Below are positions 17,094 to 20,000 of a stretch of 20,000 nt of DNA, piece by piece. The notes beneath the pieces are model-generated. The model ran no database searches. It saw nothing but the letters and a program-made list of their open reading frames with translations, and was not told the DNA's origin. Within the stretch, counting starts at the first letter, position 1; each line of letters begins with the position of its first letter. The DNA lies in sequence record DRR378314_253; one strand, written 5' to 3'. Made by a program: the position numbers and the translations under genes.

Positions 17094-18341
17094 ATGAACA
17101 AAAAAAGTAATACCAATGTGCAAAAAGAAGGAAGTATCATAATGGTTGGTTGTTTCGATACCAAAGGAGAAGACTTCGAATATCTGTATTACTGTCTTTT
17201 AGATTTGGGTGTCAAGGTAATTACCATCAATACCGGGGTACTTGGCTCTACTGATTTATTTCCGGTAAATTTTGAGGCCATGGAGGTGGCTTTAAGTGGT
17301 GGAAGTACCCTGACCAATCTTAGGGAAAATAAAGACCGTGGTAGAGCTATAGAAGTCATGGGAAATGGCGCTGCCGCTATTGTTGAAGATCTTTTCAAAA
17401 AGAAAAAAGCCAACGGCATAATAGGAATGGGCGGCGGTGGCGGGACTTTTATAGCACTAAAGGCAATGCAGACTTTACCTTTTGGATTTCCGAAAATTTG
17501 CATCAGCACCTTGGCTACCAAAGATTTGTCCATACATGTAGGCATTAAGGATATCACTTTGATGCCATCTGTTGTTGATGTTGCCGGACTAAATAGTATC
17601 AGCAAGGTAATAATGCGCCAAGGTGCGGGGGCGATAGTAGGAATGATGCATGTTTCTTGGTCGATTGATGAAAGGCAGAGCAAATCCATAGCCATTAGTG
17701 TTTTTGGCAATACTACACTTTGTGTAGATAAATGTTCGGAATTACTAAGGGATCTGGATTACGAGGTAATGGCCTTCCATTCGGTTGGAGTAGGAGGTAG
17801 GACCATGGAAGGATTAACTGTGGATGGATGTATTGATGCTATATTGGATATTACTACAACTGAATTGGCGGATGAACTTTGCGGTGGAATATGTAGCGCG
17901 GGGCCGGACCGCTTAACAGCTGCAGCCAAAATAGGTATTCCACAGGTCGTGGTACCGGGATGTTTGGACATGGTAAACTTTGGTCCTTTGGAAACCGTTC
18001 CAGAAAAATATAGGGACAGACAATTATTTAGTTGGGCACCGGATGTAACCCTTATGCGGACCAATGAAGAAGAGAACAGAATATTGGGAAAGACTTTAGC
18101 CGAAAAGATAAATAAGTCCAAGGCTCCTGTTACTGTATTGCTTCCATTAGGAGGCTTATCCAAAATTGGTGGGCCGGGAGAAGTATTTCACGCTCCGGCG
18201 ATAGACCAAGAATTGTTCAGTTCCCTAAAAAGTCATGCAAATAAAAATATCAAGATATTGGAGGTAAACTCAAATATAAATACCGATAGTTTTGCCGCAC
18301 AGGCGGTAAAATCCTTAATGGAAATTCTAATTAGTCAATAA
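17094..18341 (+). CDS. UPF0261 / Tm-1-like ATP-binding domain protein, function unknown
   Basis: GCFDTKGE, GIIGMGGGGGT, LPFGFPKI.ISTLA, SVVDVAGLN, FGNTT.CV, FHSVGVGG..ME, DITTTELAD, AGPDRL, PGCLDMVNFG and VTLMRT.EE motifs. Confidence 0.9.
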   Translation: MNKKSNTNVQKEGSIIMVGCFDTKGEDFEYLYYCLLDLGVKVITINTGVLGSTDLFPVNFEAMEVALSGGSTLTNLRENKDRGRAIEVMGNGAAAIVEDLFKKKKANGIIGMGGGGGTFIALKAMQTLPFGFPKICISTLATKDLSIHVGIKDITLMPSVVDVAGLNSISKVIMRQGAGAIVGMMHVSWSIDERQSKSIAISVFGNTTLCVDKCSELLRDLDYEVMAFHSVGVGGRTMEGLTVDGCIDAILDITTTELADELCGGICSAGPDRLTAAAKIGIPQVVVPGCLDMVNFGPLETVPEKYRDRQLFSWAPDVTLMRTNEEENRILGKTLAEKINKSKAPVTVLLPLGGLSKIGGPGEVFHAPAIDQELFSSLKSHANKNIKILEVNSNINTDSFAAQAVKSLMEILISQ

Positions 18342-18388
18342 ATTAAATCAGCCTAAGAAGAGCCGACAACTTATACTTAATATATAAA

Positions 18389-19906
18389 ATGATGGATGTA
18401 AATAAGATTAATAGAAATCGCTTATTATGGGCGAGTTTTTTTACTATCGTAACTGGCGGAGTTGGCTTTGCCGTACGTGGAGCGATTCTAGTAGATTGGG
18501 GGAATCAGTTTGGATTTACCATGACCGAATTGGGCTCCATTACGGGAGGTGGGTTTGTTGGTTTTGGTGTTATCATTATTCTCTTTAGTCTTATTGTAGA
18601 CAAGGTAGGTTATAAGCCTTTACTAATTTTGGCTTTTGTAATGCATTTTCTGTCCTTGGTCGTCACCGTGGCAACTGTATATGTGTTTGAAGTGATGGGA
18701 CGGGAAGCAGCCTATTGGTGCTTATACTGGGGCACGTTCCTATTTGCTGTAGGGAATGGTATATGCGAGTCGGTTGTAAATCCACTTGTAGCAACACTAT
18801 ACCCAAAAAACAAAACACACTACTTGAATATTTTGCACGCTGGTTGGCCAGGAGGAATGATTGTAGGAGGTTTATTGTCCATTGCCTTTCATAGCTTGGT
18901 TTCATGGGAGGTTTTAATGAGCTTCTTTCTGATTCCCGTACTTATTTATGGCTTTATCATACTTAAGGAAAAATTTCCAATTTCGGAGGCAAGGGCTGCA
19001 GGAGTTGGCTTTAGCGAGATGTTTCGTCAACTGGCTTCCCCATTATTAATTTCTTTGTTGATCTTGATGATGCTGGTAGGCTATGTAGAATTGGGTACTG
19101 ATAGTTGGATACAGAATATAACGGGTAATATTCTGGAAAATCCAACTAAAGGGGTCTTGTTGTTTATATACACATCTGCCCTAATGTTCGTACTTAGGTT
19201 TTTTGCAGGACCTATAGTCCATAGAATATCACCTTTAGGATTGCTCTTCGCCTGTTCAATTCTCGGAGCAATAGGACTGTATATCCTAGGAAACTCAACT
19301 ACCGGACTTGTAATGGTATTGGCGGTAACTATTTATGGAATAGCGAAAACTTTCTTTTGGCCCACCATGCTCGGTGTTGTCGGAGAACGATTTCCAAGGG
19401 GAGGTGCCGTAACCATGGGTATTGTTGGTGGAGTGGGAATGTTGTCGGCTGGTCTCTTGGGCGGACCTGGTATTGGATATAAACAAGATTACTTTGCTTC
19501 CAATAAAATTAGGGTGGAGTCTACTGAATCATATGACCGTTATAAGGCGGAACAGGAAAATGGATTCTTGTTCTTTAGGCCAATAAAAGGATTGGACGGT
19601 AGTAAAGTTGCGATCTTAAGGGATAATGGAGAGCAGTTGAAGGCAGATATTGAACGTTGGGAAAGCACTGGAAAAGAATTAAGTGACAACGCCAATCTGA
19701 GTAATTTGAAAAACTGGTGGGACAATGCCCAGACCATGGTTAATATAGACAAGGCACCTGTGGAACAGGCTGGTTTTTATGGTGCCGGAAGGGCATTGGT
19801 AATAACGGCATTGATACCCATAACGATGGCCCTGGGCTATCTAATCCTTATACTATATTTTAGAAAGCGTGGCGGATATAAACAAGTCGAAATAGAAGAA
19901 ACCTAA
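18389..19906 (+). CDS. MFS transporter (FucP-like sugar permease), about 12 TM, with a large loop before the last helix
   Basis: Multiple hydrophobic helices. MFS motif A-like DKVGYK, NG..ESVVNPLVATLYP, LNILHAGWPGG, ELGTDSWI and FFWPTMLG.VGERFP motifs. Confidence 0.9.
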   Translation: MMDVNKINRNRLLWASFFTIVTGGVGFAVRGAILVDWGNQFGFTMTELGSITGGGFVGFGVIIILFSLIVDKVGYKPLLILAFVMHFLSLVVTVATVYVFEVMGREAAYWCLYWGTFLFAVGNGICESVVNPLVATLYPKNKTHYLNILHAGWPGGMIVGGLLSIAFHSLVSWEVLMSFFLIPVLIYGFIILKEKFPISEARAAGVGFSEMFRQLASPLLISLLILMMLVGYVELGTDSWIQNITGNILENPTKGVLLFIYTSALMFVLRFFAGPIVHRISPLGLLFACSILGAIGLYILGNSTTGLVMVLAVTIYGIAKTFFWPTMLGVVGERFPRGGAVTMGIVGGVGMLSAGLLGGPGIGYKQDYFASNKIRVESTESYDRYKAEQENGFLFFRPIKGLDGSKVAILRDNGEQLKADIERWESTGKELSDNANLSNLKNWWDNAQTMVNIDKAPVEQAGFYGAGRALVITALIPITMALGYLILILYFRKRGGYKQVEIEET

Positions 19907-19973
19907 ACAATAGATTTAAAATTATAGAGATTGAAACTTAAATAAAAATAATTTAATAATAAAATAGAATATT

Positions 19974-20000
19974 ATGCCAAATCCATGGACGGGGAAAGGA
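19974..20000 (+). CDS. 5' end of the next CDS (MPNPWTGKG…), probably a PEP-hydrolase-family / TIM-barrel protein, the usual partner of UPF0261
   Basis: ATG follows an A-rich leader and the frame is open to the window end. The product guess comes from recalling this N-terminus and from the known UPF0261/TIM-barrel association. Only 9 codons are visible. Confidence 0.5.

Noticed and set aside
1126-19752. Short antisense or alternate-frame ORFs inside the major genes (e.g. 9174..9572, 11611..11973, 17189..17710, 17759..18163)
   Set aside because: They are nested in or almost wholly overlap well-supported CDSs and have no family motifs. These are shadow ORFs.
1-20000. CRISPR arrays, tRNA/rRNA, IS elements, integrases, defence systems
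   Set aside because: I saw no regularly spaced repeats, RNA-gene signatures or transposase/recombinase motifs. Nearly all sequence is explained by the listed CDSs.

Overview
AT-rich Bacteroidota (Flavobacteriaceae-like) DNA. The taxon call rests on the SusC/SusD pair, the hybrid two-component system (HTCS) and signal peptides cleaved before Gln. The window holds a stand-alone N-acetylmuramoyl-L-alanine amidase, then a polysaccharide utilization locus (PUL): a divergent HTCS, SusC, SusD, a DUF3823-like lipoprotein, GH43, GH5, a lipoprotein aldose 1-epimerase and a second GH43. The enzyme set suggests an alpha-L-arabinofuranose / beta-D-galactofuranose glycan. The PUL runs on the same strand, with no obvious terminator, into glycerate kinase, a UPF0261/Tm-1-like protein, an MFS transporter and the first 9 codons of a probable TIM-barrel partner. 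Two observations stand out. (1) The 3' UTR just upstream of the terminator after the first GH43 (12346-12371) is complementary over about 23 bp, including two G:U pairs, to the susC translation initiation region 7 kb away (5385-5410), suggesting 3'-UTR-derived RNA feedback control. (2) The Tm-1-like/glycerate kinase/MFS module may be an uncharacterised sugar catabolic pathway attached to the PUL. All calls come from reading motifs by eye; no searches were run.
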